Source: Candidatus Bathyarchaeota archaeon
Lineage (GTDB): Archaea; Thermoproteota; Bathyarchaeia; Bathyarchaeales; Bathycorpusculaceae
Reading direction: 5' to 3'
Length of the DNA stretch: 64,000 nucleotides
NCBI GenBank assembly: GCA_963806535.1
Contig: CAWDYC010000007.1
Span: 256,001-320,000 of the forward strand
Shown here: one piece after another, positions 1 through 10,268 of the stretch
Numbering within the stretch: the first letter of the stretch is position 1
Layout: each line of letters opens with the position of its first letter
Position numbers and translations under genes: made by a program
The notes under the pieces: model-generated
Databases searched by the model: none
Told to the model about the DNA's origin: nothing
What the model saw: the letters and a program-made list of their open reading frames with translations, nothing else

Positions 1-777
1 AAAAAGCACAGGATATTTCTCTTTGAGTTCGGCGGCGATTGACATCCACTCGTCAATTTCCTTGTTTGCCTTAACCAAATCGTCTGTTGACTGGACGACG
101 ATAGCGAGGTCACGAGCTTTTTTTAACCGATTAATTTCAACAAGGCAGCTTGTTACTGTGTAGATTTTGCCTACATAAAGGTCTGGTTTTTCCGTTGGCT
201 TTGGTCTACCAAGTTTTTCGTAGCCGTAAGCCACTACAGATGATTGTCTACCAACATCGTCAATGTAATAGTGAGTTGAAACTTCATGTCCTCTGCACTC
301 TAAGATGCGTGCTAAAGCATCACCCAACATTGGGTTTCTAGCTTGTCCAATATGAATTGGATGAAGAGGATTAACGCTTGTGTGCTCCACAATAAATTTG
401 GTCGGGTTAGCCGCTTTAACAAAGCCATACTCAAATTTTAATTCCTTAATCGACTTGAGGGTTAAAGCTGAAAATTTGGCGAAGTTTACATGAAAATTTA
501 TGTATCCTGCACCCGCGCAGGAAACTTTTTCAATAAGATTAAAGCCGGACTTGTCGATTGCCTCAACCAAAAGCTGGGCAACACTTAGCGGCTTCTGGTT
601 CAGTTTTTTTGCGAGTTCAAAACAGAGCGACGAAGCTAATTGACCATACTCTATGTTTGGTGTTTTACTCAGCGTTATCGCGGGCATTTTTATTTCCGGC
701 AAAGTTTTCTTCAACGCGTTCCCTAATGCGGTTTGACATTCTTGGCGGAATTGATCGAATGGATTTTCTGAAATCAT
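1..777 (-). CDS. argS: Arginine--tRNA ligase, N-terminal part (runs off the window start)
   Basis: Not in the ORF track. Manual translation from ATG 777 gives MISENPFDQFRQECQ...YGQLASSLCFELAK...AGAGYINF...VEHTSVNPLHPIHIGQARN...YYIDDVGRQ, the ArgRS N-domain with a HIGH-like motif. Confidence 0.93.
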   Translation of the reverse strand, partial: MISENPFDQFRQECQTALGNALKKTLPEIKMPAITLSKTPNIEYGQLASSLCFELAKKLNQKPLSVAQLLVEAIDKSGFNLIEKVSCAGAGYINFHVNFAKFSALTLKSIKELKFEYGFVKAANPTKFIVEHTSVNPLHPIHIGQARNPMLGDALARILECRGHEVSTHYYIDDVGRQSSVVAYGYEKLGRPKPTEKPDLYVGKIYTVTSCLVEINRLKKARDLAIVVQSTDDLVKANKEIDEWMSIAAELKEKYPVLF

Positions 778-873
778 ATGATGTTTACCTTTTCCTTGTT
801 GACACTAAGTTTGTTTGGGTTATGTTTTTTAAATGTGTAAGCATATTTATCTGTCTAATGGATGCAGTTTGCG

Positions 874-1722
874 ATGAAAACAAAGATAGTCTATTCAGAA
901 AAATGTTTAGGCTATGGCACTTGGCACATTGAAGGACCACAAAGAGTTAAAACCGCACACGAAATTTTGAAGGCAAAGGGCTACGAATTTGTGCTTCCAA
1001 CGCCTGCAAGTGAAGATGACTTGTTTACTGTTCATGATCCAGAATACATTTGGAAAGTTAAAAAAGGCTTAGTGGAAGATTCAGACACTCCAGCTTATGA
1101 CAACATCTACGAGTTCGCAAGACTTTCCGCAGGCGGCGCAATTTTATCAAGCAAAATCAATGGATTTTCCCTTATGCGTCCACCAGGACATCATGTGGGC
1201 AAATATGGAGCTGCGTTGGGCGTTTATACCCGTGGGTTCTGTTACTTCAATAATATTTCAGTAGCAGTTAAGCAATTATGCAAAAAGACTTTGATTTTAG
1301 ATATTGATGGTCATCATGGAAATGGAACTCAAGAGGTTTTTCAAGGTGACGAAAAAGTAACTTATCTTTCCGTGCATCAATCACCAAACTACCCAGGAAC
1401 TGGCGCTTTTACAGAGGGAAATTGCATCAATTTAGCTTTGCCGCCAGACTGCGGAGGAAAACGGTATTTGGAAACGCTTGACAAAGCACTCAGCATGATT
1501 GATTTAAGTAAGATTGAGCAAGTTGCAGTTTCTTGTGGTTTTGACACTCACCATGGAGATTTAGCATCTTTAGGCCTAGTCGATAAAGATTACCTTGAAA
1601 TTGGCAAAAGAATTGGATGCTTCAAAAAATCGACATTTTTTGTTTTGGAAGGTGGCTACGTGGGCGAAAATGTTGGTTTTGACATTGATAATTTATTGAA
1701 AGGTTACGAAGAAAATAGATGA
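874..1722 (+). CDS. Histone deacetylase / acetoin utilization family deacetylase
   Basis: RPPGHH, GFCYFNN, LDIDGHHGNGTQ, GFD and LEGGY motifs. Confidence 0.9.
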   Translation: MKTKIVYSEKCLGYGTWHIEGPQRVKTAHEILKAKGYEFVLPTPASEDDLFTVHDPEYIWKVKKGLVEDSDTPAYDNIYEFARLSAGGAILSSKINGFSLMRPPGHHVGKYGAALGVYTRGFCYFNNISVAVKQLCKKTLILDIDGHHGNGTQEVFQGDEKVTYLSVHQSPNYPGTGAFTEGNCINLALPPDCGGKRYLETLDKALSMIDLSKIEQVAVSCGFDTHHGDLASLGLVDKDYLEIGKRIGCFKKSTFFVLEGGYVGENVGFDIDNLLKGYEENR

Positions 1723-2358
1723 TTTAGAAAAAGAAGTTATTTTTGTTCTTTGTGAAAGTGCCTTCTTGTTTAACGCTTGCAGTTTTTCTGTGACTTTTTC
1801 AGATCTTTTCTCAGCTTTTGCCAACAGTGGTTTCCAATCTTTATTTTTGACTATAGTGGTTAATACCTCAGTTTGCGCAGGCAACTTTTCTAGTGCATCA
1901 TTAAAGCGTTTATCTGCTGCTTCATCAGATTCAACTATTTCTAAAGCTTCCTCTGGACATGCGTCAACACATTTTGGTTCGCCTTCGCAGAGGTCACAAG
2001 CAATTGCTTTTCCAGTATCAGCATGTATGGTTATTCCGCCGTGATCGCAAGCTTGAACGCACCAATCGCATCCTTTACATTTTGTTTGATCAATAATTAG
2101 CAAACTTGTATTCTCTGACTGTGAAATTGCTCGTTCAGGACATGCTTTGACACATTTAGCGTCTTTACATGCTCGGCATGACAACGCAAAATTGAAAACA
2201 GGCGCCATTCGCACTACTCGGATTCTAGATCTGATTGGATTCCAGACGCCTTCGCCCTTTTCTACTGTGCAAGCATACTCGCAGATCCCGCAGCCAATGC
2301 ATTTTCCAGGATCTACGGAAACGAATTTTCTTTTCTGTTCGGTTTTAGCAGATTGCAT
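1693..2358 (-). CDS. 4Fe-4S dicluster domain protein (DmsB/CooF-like)
   Basis: CxxCxxCxxxC, CxxCxxxxCxxxCP, CxxCxxCxxxC and CDLC...CxxxCP ferredoxin motifs. Confidence 0.88.
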   Translation of the reverse strand: MQSAKTEQKRKFVSVDPGKCIGCGICEYACTVEKGEGVWNPIRSRIRVVRMAPVFNFALSCRACKDAKCVKACPERAISQSENTSLLIIDQTKCKGCDWCVQACDHGGITIHADTGKAIACDLCEGEPKCVDACPEEALEIVESDEAADKRFNDALEKLPAQTEVLTTIVKNKDWKPLLAKAEKRSEKVTEKLQALNKKALSQRTKITSFSKSSIFFVTFQ

Positions 2359-2412
2359 TTTTAACCAAACCTTTGGGTTTTAGATATTGTGTACATAATA
2401 GGCTTTTAACCA

Positions 2413-2975
2413 TTACTTAAGATAAACGGTTTTTTGATGGAAATCCACTGGATCAAACAGGGTAATAAAACTGCCTATAACATCCTTAGTTCTGCATTGA
2501 TCCTCTGTTTCAAGAGGGGTCATCACTATTTTGTTCATCTGCCATCGCTTTTGCCAATAGCTTCCAGGCAGCCGCATCTTCTTTGCATAATCGATGGGCA
2601 AGTAGCTTATCATCTTCTTTTTCGTCATACTCTATGTGAGCAGCGGAAGTTTAATGCCGAGGCATCTTTGCCCTGAGGAATAATCTTGTAAAGAAATTGG
2701 GAGTATTTGTTTGGACCTGTTAAATGTGTAGAAGTCCACGAAAGTTCCTTAGGATAAACTTGTACAAGCTTTTGCTTCTCTGAAGTTTCTCCTCTTAAAT
2801 GGAAAGTATCTTTAAGGATGAATGTGCCTGATGTGATTTGGATAATTTTTCGCTCAGCATTCTCAACGCCCATCAATACATGATCTTTCGGGTCAAAGTC
2901 AATGCACCAATCGAACGCCTTCTGGGCAGAGACAGCAAAACGCTGACTAAAATGATACCCAACATTCAAAGCCAT
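2413..2975 (-). CDS. Hypothetical protein, possibly SRPBCC/START-like fold; frameshift near 2630-2645
   Basis: Two overlapping same-strand ORFs (2625-2975, 2413-2628) that read as one protein. Confidence 0.5.
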
Positions 2976-3047
2976 TTGTATCGCTAGTTATCTGTGTAAA
3001 AATAGTTTATATTAAATTTTTGCTGTCGTAAATCTCTAATATTAATT

Positions 3048-3135
3048 TGGTGCGGAGGGTGGGATTTGAACCCACGAACCCCTGCGGGATAGGAGCCTCA
3101 GTCCTACGCCTTTGGCCATGCTGGGCGACCTCCGC
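3048..3135 (-). tRNA. tRNA-Leu(GAG) with encoded CCA
   Basis: GCGGAGG acceptor stem, anticodon arm TAGGA-CT-GAG-GC-TCCTA, long variable arm, GGTTCAAATCC T-loop, ends CCTCCGC-A-CCA. Confidence 0.97.
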
Positions 3136-3319
3136 ATGATGTTTTTTGTTTTTTGAGGTTGGTGCGAAATATAGAATTAGTCTTGGCATTTAAAGGCTTT
3201 ACTTTAAGTTGGCGTGCGGTGGGTTGTTAGATTTGTTTATTACTTTGATTTTGATGATTGTTTTTTGGGGATAGTAAAGTTTATTTCCTCAAGTATTATA
3301 ACAGTGTTATAATTGGTGA

Positions 3320-4276
3320 TTGAACATGACAAAAATCTACTCCAACGTTCTCGAAACCATAGGAAAAACACCACTCGTAAAACTAAACAAATTAACCCAA
3401 GACACAAACGCCATTGTATTAGTAAAACTTGAGGCGCGCAACCCCGGAGGAAGTGTCAAAGACCGCATCTGCTTAAGCATGGTAGCGGAAGCAGAAAAAC
3501 AAGGCATAATCAAACCCGGCGCAACCCTCATCGAACCCACAAGCGGCAACACAGGCATCGGCTTAGCAATGGTTGCGGCAGTCAAAGGATATAAACTTAC
3601 ACTCACCATGCCAGAAACCATGAGTATAGAACGCAGAAACCTACTCAAAGCATATGGTGCACAACTCGTCCTCACCCCCGGACCAGACGGCATGGGCGGT
3701 GCCATCAAAAAAGCCGAAGAACTCGTGACGAACACACCCAACAGCTTCATGCCACAGCAATTCAAAAACTTAGCAAACCCGAAAGTTCACAGAGAAACTA
3801 CAGGCCCTGAAATCTGGGAAGACACAGATGGAAAAGTAGACATTGTGGTTGCAGGAGTTGGAACAGGCGGGACAATAACGGGCATTGCTCAGTACATTAA
3901 GCCGCTGAAACCAGGGTTCAAAGCAGTGGCTGTTGAACCGGCAGCTTCGCCAGTCTTAAGCGGTGGACAAAAAGGACCGCACAAAATTCAGGGAATAGGT
4001 GCAGGCTTCAAACCAGACGTGCTTAAACTAGATTTAGTGGATGAAATCTTTAAGGTAAAAGATGACGATGCCCTTCAGACTGCTAGGCAACTCGCTCAAA
4101 TAGAAGGGTTGCTCGTAGGCATATCGTCAGGTGCAGCAGCTTACGCAGCCATAGAAATAGCGAAAAGACCAGAAAACAATGGCAAACTTGTAGTTGCAAT
4201 CTTACCGGATACAGGCGAACGCTATCTCAGTACAGTACTATTCCAAGAACCGCCAAATACAAATTCAAACATCTGA
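3320..4276 (+). CDS. cysK: Cysteine synthase A (O-acetylserine sulfhydrylase)
   Basis: NPGGSVKDR (PLP lysine), [32 protein letters not shown]. Confidence 0.95.
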   Translation: MNMTKIYSNVLETIGKTPLVKLNKLTQDTNAIVLVKLEARNPGGSVKDRICLSMVAEAEKQGIIKPGATLIEPTSGNTGIGLAMVAAVKGYKLTLTMPETMSIERRNLLKAYGAQLVLTPGPDGMGGAIKKAEELVTNTPNSFMPQQFKNLANPKVHRETTGPEIWEDTDGKVDIVVAGVGTGGTITGIAQYIKPLKPGFKAVAVEPAASPVLSGGQKGPHKIQGIGAGFKPDVLKLDLVDEIFKVKDDDALQTARQLAQIEGLLVGISSGAAAYAAIEIAKRPENNGKLVVAILPDTGERYLSTVLFQEPPNTNSNI

Positions 4277-4344
4277 GCCCGTTTTTTTAAGACGCTTCTC
4301 TTATATCCTTCTTTTTTACAATAATGTGAGGAAGGAAAGCTAAA

Positions 4345-5406
4345 ATGTCAGCAAAAGCTAGCCAGCCTCGACCAAAAAACTGCGAAGAATGTGCAGAGCA
4401 GAATCGGGATATTGATTGCTGGAACCCAGATCGCATGCTAGATGCACTTATGCGTAACCATGATAAAGTGGAGAAAGACTGGGTCGAAAAAGGTTTGCCG
4501 AAATTAGTTGACGAGATGATGGCTAACTATGAAGCTTTCGGCGGCATGGATCATCTCGAAGGAAAAGATTTACCGTCAAAAAAAGTGGTTATTGAAGTTT
4601 TAGAGGATTTATTTACTGTATTATTTCCTGGGTATCTCGGAAAGGAAGAGATGACGAAAGCTAACATAAAATATCGGTTAGGCTCCACGTTAACTTCAGT
4701 TTATACCCGCCTCACAGGCGAAATCGAGAAAAGTCTAAAATATATTTGCAGAAAAATAAGTGATTGCCCGCAAGATGTTTGTCAAAAACGAGCTCACGTA
4801 GTGGTCAAAGAACTTTTAGAGAGGCTTCCGCAAATAAGGGCGACATTAAGCGGTGACATCCAAGCAGCTTACGCAGGTGACCCAGCAGCAGTAAGTACAG
4901 ACGAAGTTATCCTGAGCTATCCATGTGTACTTGCCATTACAACCTACAGGATAGCACATGAACTTTATCTTGAGGGCATCCCGTTGATTCCGCGAATAAT
5001 GAGTGAACATGTCCACTCTTTGACTGGAATCGATATTCATCCAGGCGCAAGAATCGGAAAGAACTTCTTCATAGATCATGGCACTGGCGTTGTTATAGGA
5101 GAGACGGCAGAAATAGGCGATAACGTGAAACTTTATCAAGGAGTAACATTGGGTGCTCTTAGCTTTCCAAAAGATGAGAAGGGAAATATCATTAAAGGCA
5201 GAAAACGTCATCCCACAGTTGGAAATAACGTGGTTATCTATTCAGGTGCAACTTTGCTTGGAGCGGAAGCAGTAATAGGAGACAATGTAGTGATTGGCGG
5301 AAATGTCTGGGTAACCTCATCGGTTGCTTCAGGAACAAAAATAACTATTTCTGCCCCAGAACTAAGATACAAAAAAGAAAACCATACTCCTAAACCTGAA
5401 ACTTAG
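4345..5406 (+). CDS. cysE: Serine O-acetyltransferase
   Basis: [32 protein letters not shown] hexapeptide region; adjacent to cysK. Confidence 0.93.
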   Translation: MSAKASQPRPKNCEECAEQNRDIDCWNPDRMLDALMRNHDKVEKDWVEKGLPKLVDEMMANYEAFGGMDHLEGKDLPSKKVVIEVLEDLFTVLFPGYLGKEEMTKANIKYRLGSTLTSVYTRLTGEIEKSLKYICRKISDCPQDVCQKRAHVVVKELLERLPQIRATLSGDIQAAYAGDPAAVSTDEVILSYPCVLAITTYRIAHELYLEGIPLIPRIMSEHVHSLTGIDIHPGARIGKNFFIDHGTGVVIGETAEIGDNVKLYQGVTLGALSFPKDEKGNIIKGRKRHPTVGNNVVIYSGATLLGAEAVIGDNVVIGGNVWVTSSVASGTKITISAPELRYKKENHTPKPET

Positions 5407-5485
5407 CTTACCTGCAACTAATGTTTTGAATAGCACCGTCTAAGAAAGCAAAGCTTACTCGCTTACGAGGGCAATTGAATGTAGT

Positions 5486-5929
5486 TTACAACAGGCGGAA
5501 ATTTTCCTTAACTGTTGTCAAAACCACATGTGTATTTGTCCGTTCGATATAGGGCAAAGATAACAGTTTCTTGGTAAACGCGCCTAGGTCTTCTCGACTC
5601 TTAAATTTAGCAACAATAATTGCATCAGTTAAGCCTGTTACGTCGTAAACACTGCACACATTGGATATTTTGGCTATTTCATTTTCAGTTTCTACAAGTC
5701 TCCCCTTTGAAACAGTAATTTCAGTCACAACCGTCAATTGGAAACCAAGTTTCTCATGATCCAAAAGAACTGAATAACCTTTAATGAGACCTTCTTCTTC
5801 CATCCTTTTTATTCTAGACAGAACGGTTCCAACTGATACACCCACGTTCTTCGCGATTTGCCTGCTTGAAAACCTCGCATCTTCTAAAAGGGCTTTGAGA
5901 ATTTTTAAGTCTGTTTCGTTTAGATCCAT
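5486..5929 (-). CDS. Lrp/AsnC family transcriptional regulator
   Basis: D..IL..L..DAR.S...IA..VGVS..TV..RI..MEEEGLIKGY HTH plus RAM domain (YDVTG..D). Confidence 0.93.
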   Translation of the reverse strand: MDLNETDLKILKALLEDARFSSRQIAKNVGVSVGTVLSRIKRMEEEGLIKGYSVLLDHEKLGFQLTVVTEITVSKGRLVETENEIAKISNVCSVYDVTGLTDAIIVAKFKSREDLGAFTKKLLSLPYIERTNTHVVLTTVKENFRLL

Positions 5930-6154
5930 AACACAACTTCCTAAACATTCTTTCAATTAAACTGGCTTTTTTGAAACATTAGTTTTAACTATCATAGGAT
6001 TATGTTAATAAAAGTTTAGCTTTTACCTCTAGCCAATAAATGTGAAAGCAATGCAAAAAAACATTTCTTCCATTTAAAGATAGCTTTGACTTTAACAAGA
6101 AATAGAGAGCAATCTTAAATTACTAGCTCAAACCCCAATAAATGGTGCCTGAAA

Positions 6155-7705
6155 ATGCAAGTAAAATATGACACGATATTGGTTCTTGACTTTGGGGGAC
6201 AATACTGCCATCTTATAGGCAGAAGAATTAGAGAAAACGGCGTCTACTCAGAAATTGTGCCACACGACATATCACCTGAAGAAGTCAAAGCACTAAACGA
6301 AAAATTCAATATTAAAGGCTTAATTTTCTCCGGCGGACCCTCGAGCGTGTATGAACCAAACGCGCCTAAACTTAACCCATGCATTTTAGAAGTTAATCTG
6401 CCCATCTTAGGCTTATGCTATGGCCACCAGCTGTTAGCACAATTGACCAATGGCAAAGTTAAGCCGGCAGCCTGCAAAGAATATGGAATCGCGCAGGTAG
6501 AAGTCGACAAGCCTGTGGGTGTGCTTGAAGGTTTGAGCAAAGAAGAAAAAGTTTGGATGAGCCATGGCGATACAGTTTACGCATTGCCACAAGACTTTGA
6601 AGTTTTAGCGCACACAGATAACTGTCCAGTTGCCGCATTCAGACACAAACAAAAACCGATCTATGGGCTACAATGGCACCCTGAAGTAATCCATACCGAA
6701 AAAGGAGCCCGCATGCTTTACAATTTCATTTTTGAGGTCTGCAAATGCAAAGCCAACTGGAAAGTAGAAGATATAATTGAAAAAATGGTCAAAGAAATAA
6801 AAACTGACGTCGGTTCAGCCACAGCAATAATCGGTTTAAGCGGAGGCATAGACTCAAGCGTTGCCACTGCATTAGCAGCAAAAGCTTTAGGCGACAAACT
6901 TACGGCAGTCTTCGTTGACCACGGATTTATGCGGGAAGGCGAACCCGAAGCCATCAAAGCCACATTCGAGAAATATCCAATAAATTTTGTAGTAGCAAAT
7001 GTTCAAGACCGCTTCATGGAAAAACTCAAGGGAGTGGTTGACCCTGAGAAAAAACGTAAAGTGATCGGGGAAGAGTTCATTAGAGTGTTTGAGGAATTCG
7101 CTAAAAAATCGGGTGCCCAATACCTGCTTCAAGGGACAATTTACCCAGATCGAATTGAGTCGGGTATCCGAAAAAATTCAGATGTGATAAAATCTCATCA
7201 TAACGTTGCAGGATTACCAAAAAATATAGCTTTCAAGAAAATTGTTGAGCCACTCAGGGATCTCTACAAAGATGAAGTGCGTAAAGTTGCAACTATGCTC
7301 AATTTACCCAAAGAACTTGTTAATCGACAGCCTTTTCCAGGACCAGGTTTGGCAGTCCGTATAATAGGCGAGTTAACCCCAGAGAAAGTGAACGTTGCCA
7401 AAAAAGCTGACGCTATTGTTCGCCAAGAAATCGAGAGAAACCACTTAGAAGAAAAACTATGGCAATATTTTGCTGTATTAACCGATACAAAAGCTACAGG
7501 AGTTAAAGGTGACTCAAGGGCTTATGGATATGTAGTAGCTGTTCGCGCGGCAGAAAGCCGAGAAGCCATGACCGCCAACTTTGCGCAAATTCCTTATCCT
7601 GTGCTTGAAAAAATCTCCACAAGAATCACAAATGAAGTTCCACAAGTCACCCGTGTAGTTTATGACATAACTCATAAGCCGCCCGCAACAATTGAGTGGG
7701 AGTAA
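6155..7705 (+). CDS. guaA: GMP synthase (glutamine-hydrolyzing), fused GATase and ATPPase
   Basis: LDFGGQY, GLCYGHQ, QWHPEV, SGGIDSS, IKSHHNV, KPPATIEWE. Confidence 0.97.
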   Translation: MQVKYDTILVLDFGGQYCHLIGRRIRENGVYSEIVPHDISPEEVKALNEKFNIKGLIFSGGPSSVYEPNAPKLNPCILEVNLPILGLCYGHQLLAQLTNGKVKPAACKEYGIAQVEVDKPVGVLEGLSKEEKVWMSHGDTVYALPQDFEVLAHTDNCPVAAFRHKQKPIYGLQWHPEVIHTEKGARMLYNFIFEVCKCKANWKVEDIIEKMVKEIKTDVGSATAIIGLSGGIDSSVATALAAKALGDKLTAVFVDHGFMREGEPEAIKATFEKYPINFVVANVQDRFMEKLKGVVDPEKKRKVIGEEFIRVFEEFAKKSGAQYLLQGTIYPDRIESGIRKNSDVIKSHHNVAGLPKNIAFKKIVEPLRDLYKDEVRKVATMLNLPKELVNRQPFPGPGLAVRIIGELTPEKVNVAKKADAIVRQEIERNHLEEKLWQYFAVLTDTKATGVKGDSRAYGYVVAVRAAESREAMTANFAQIPYPVLEKISTRITNEVPQVTRVVYDITHKPPATIEWE

Positions 7706-7759
7706 ATATTCCATAATTCTTTAAATAAAAAGAGCGTCAATACACTACCTTACTGTAAG

Positions 7760-8851
7760 GTGACATCTCTGAAAGCGGTTATCTTAGCTGGCGGCTTCGC
7801 AACAAGACTCAGGCCACTTAGTTGCGCTAGACCTAAAACGCTTTTTCCAATAGTTAACAAACCCTTGCTTGAATGGATTTTTGAAGGATTGGCTGAAAAT
7901 GGTGTTAGCGAAGCAATTTTGGCAGTAAACGCTTTAACGCAATTTCATATAAAACAGCAGAGACCGCGCAAACATGGTTTGAAAATAAGGTTTTCAATTG
8001 ATCCGCATAAAACACCACTAGGAACTGCAGGACCCGTAAAAAAAGCCGAAAAACTGATTGGCCATGATGAACCATTCATTGTTTTGAATGGCGATATTTT
8101 TGCACATTTAAGTTACAAAGAATTGGTTGACACCCATTTAAAATCTAATGCGTTGGCAACTATTGCACTCTGTAAAGTTGATGACCCATCCAGATATGGC
8201 GTGGCCGAAATGGGAAATGACAACCATATCAAGAGATTTATTGAAAAACCACACAGAGACAAAGCTCCTAGCAGCCTCATCAATGCAGGCGTTTACGTTT
8301 TAAGTCCTAAGGTCTTCGATTATGTTCCAGCTGGAAGATCAGTCTCTATGGAGCGAGAAATCTTCCCGAAACTAGCGGAGGAAGGAAAACTTTGTGGTCA
8401 CTTTGTTAATGGATTTTGGATGGATATAGGCAGACCAGAAGAGTATTTGGAAGCAAACAGAATAATTCTTGATTCCATTAGCAAAAAAACTAAACAGAAA
8501 AAAGCAAAAAACTTTGAATTAAGAAATCCTGTAGCCTTTGATAAAGGCGTTTCTATCGGTGAAAACTCACTTATTGGACCGTACGCAATTTTGGGAAAAA
8601 ATGTGATTGTCGGCAAAAATGTACGAATCAACAACTCAGTAATTTTTGCAGACGTAATAATAGGCGATTGCGCCTCAATCGATGGAGCAATAATTGGCGA
8701 AGCAGCAAAAATTGGAAAAAATGTCAAAATTTGCAATGAATGCATAATCGCCGACCATGCAAAGGTAAGAGATAATCTTGAACTCTCAGGGAAAGTATGC
8801 CCAGGTAAAGAAGTGGCTGAAAACGTTTTAAAACCCAAGGTTCATTGTTAG
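7760..8851 (+). CDS. NDP-sugar pyrophosphorylase (mannose-1-phosphate guanylyltransferase-like) with hexapeptide repeats
   Basis: AVILAGG..TRLRPL...PK, LGTAG, NGD, FIEKP, INAGVY, WMDIG.P. Confidence 0.9.
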   Translation: MTSLKAVILAGGFATRLRPLSCARPKTLFPIVNKPLLEWIFEGLAENGVSEAILAVNALTQFHIKQQRPRKHGLKIRFSIDPHKTPLGTAGPVKKAEKLIGHDEPFIVLNGDIFAHLSYKELVDTHLKSNALATIALCKVDDPSRYGVAEMGNDNHIKRFIEKPHRDKAPSSLINAGVYVLSPKVFDYVPAGRSVSMEREIFPKLAEEGKLCGHFVNGFWMDIGRPEEYLEANRIILDSISKKTKQKKAKNFELRNPVAFDKGVSIGENSLIGPYAILGKNVIVGKNVRINNSVIFADVIIGDCASIDGAIIGEAAKIGKNVKICNECIIADHAKVRDNLELSGKVCPGKEVAENVLKPKVHC

Positions 8852-8873
8852 ATAACCAAGAGATGCAAAATTT

Positions 8874-10241
8874 ATGAACGAAAGAAAACTTTTCGGAACA
8901 AACGGGATTCGAGGACTAGTTAACATAGAATTAACACCTGAAATGGCAATAAAAGTTGGCTGTGCAATTGGAACTTTTTTTGGAAGAAAAAATTTGCTCT
9001 TAGGATATGATGCAAGAACCAGCGGAACCATGCTTGCAGAAGCTGTTATTTCAGGTTTAACATCTACAGGCTGCAATGTTTTCTTTTCAGGAATGGCACC
9101 CACGCCATCTTTACAATTTGCTGTTAAAAATCACAAATTGGATGGCGGTGTAATAATCACTGCTTCTCATAATCCGCCTGAATATAATGGCATTAAAGTA
9201 ATTTGGAGCGACGGAATTGAAACCTCGCATGAACAAGAAGTTGAAATAGAGAATATTTATTTTGATAATAAAATAGTCTTTGCAGATTGGAATAAACTTG
9301 GAGTCAAACGCGAACTTTCAGGAATCAACGATGAATACGTTCAAGCCATAAAAAAACATGTTAACTCCAAAAAAATAGCTGAAAAACACTTTCATGTCGT
9401 CGTAGATGCAGCAAACAGCGTTGGCGGACTCACAGCGCCACCTTTGCTAAGGGAACTTGGCTGCAAAATAACCACCATCAACGCAAACATTGATGGCACT
9501 TTCCCAGGAAGATTACCTGAACCTAGGCCGGAAAGCCTAACAGATTTATCTTCAACTGTGAAAGCAATCGGCGCAGATATGGGAGTGGCCTTTGACGGTG
9601 ACGCAGACCGTTCAATCTTCACCGATGAAAACGGCACCATCTATTGGGGAGATAAAACCTTTGCAGTTGTCATTAAACAGTTTCTTATCAAAAACCCAGG
9701 CTCAAAAATAGTAACGCCTGTAAGCTCTTCAACGCTTATAAAAGACACTGTTCAAGCCTACAAAGGCGATTTGATTTGGACTAAAGTTGGAAGCGTCACG
9801 GTCTCACAAAAAATGAAAGAGGTAAACGCCAAGTTGGGCGGTGAAGAAAACGGTGGTATCTTCTATGGGCCGCATCAAGCCGTTCGTGATGGCGCAATGA
9901 CAACTGCTCTGCTGCTTAACATAATGGCTGAAACTGGGCAAAAGCTTTCAAAACTTGTTGCTGAACAGCCTCAATACTTTATTGAAAAAGGAAAAATTGA
10001 ATGCCCAGACGAGAAAAAGGAACCACTACTTAAGAAACTCTTAGAACAAGTCAAGGGCGAAAACATTAACACGCTTGATGGAGTAAAAATTTGGTTCAGC
10101 GATAATAGCGCCATTTTGATTAGACCTAGCGGGACGGAAAAAGTGTTCAGGCTCTACGCCGAGGCAAAAAACCAAGCCAAAGCATTAAAGCTAGTCAAAG
10201 ACTATAGTTCGAAACTTGAAAAGATCCTTGAAACCCTTTAA
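8874..10241 (+). CDS. glmM: Phosphoglucosamine mutase / phosphomannomutase
   Basis: FGTNGIRG, ITASHNP (phosphoserine), DGDADR, GGEENGG, RPSGTE. Confidence 0.88.
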   Translation: MNERKLFGTNGIRGLVNIELTPEMAIKVGCAIGTFFGRKNLLLGYDARTSGTMLAEAVISGLTSTGCNVFFSGMAPTPSLQFAVKNHKLDGGVIITASHNPPEYNGIKVIWSDGIETSHEQEVEIENIYFDNKIVFADWNKLGVKRELSGINDEYVQAIKKHVNSKKIAEKHFHVVVDAANSVGGLTAPPLLRELGCKITTINANIDGTFPGRLPEPRPESLTDLSSTVKAIGADMGVAFDGDADRSIFTDENGTIYWGDKTFAVVIKQFLIKNPGSKIVTPVSSSTLIKDTVQAYKGDLIWTKVGSVTVSQKMKEVNAKLGGEENGGIFYGPHQAVRDGAMTTALLLNIMAETGQKLSKLVAEQPQYFIEKGKIECPDEKKEPLLKKLLEQVKGENINTLDGVKIWFSDNSAILIRPSGTEKVFRLYAEAKNQAKALKLVKDYSSKLEKILETL

Positions 10242-10268
10242 CAAGCCAGCAATTCGGAGAATCATCTA

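Noticed and set aside
150-932. Plus-strand ORFs 150-341 and 558-932, and the many antisense ORFs in the track
   Set aside because: Shadow frames of argS and other well-supported genes on the opposite strand.
6155-7705. Fused single-chain GuaA (many archaea have split subunits)
   Set aside because: Fused forms occur in several archaeal lineages; not distinctive without a phylogeny.
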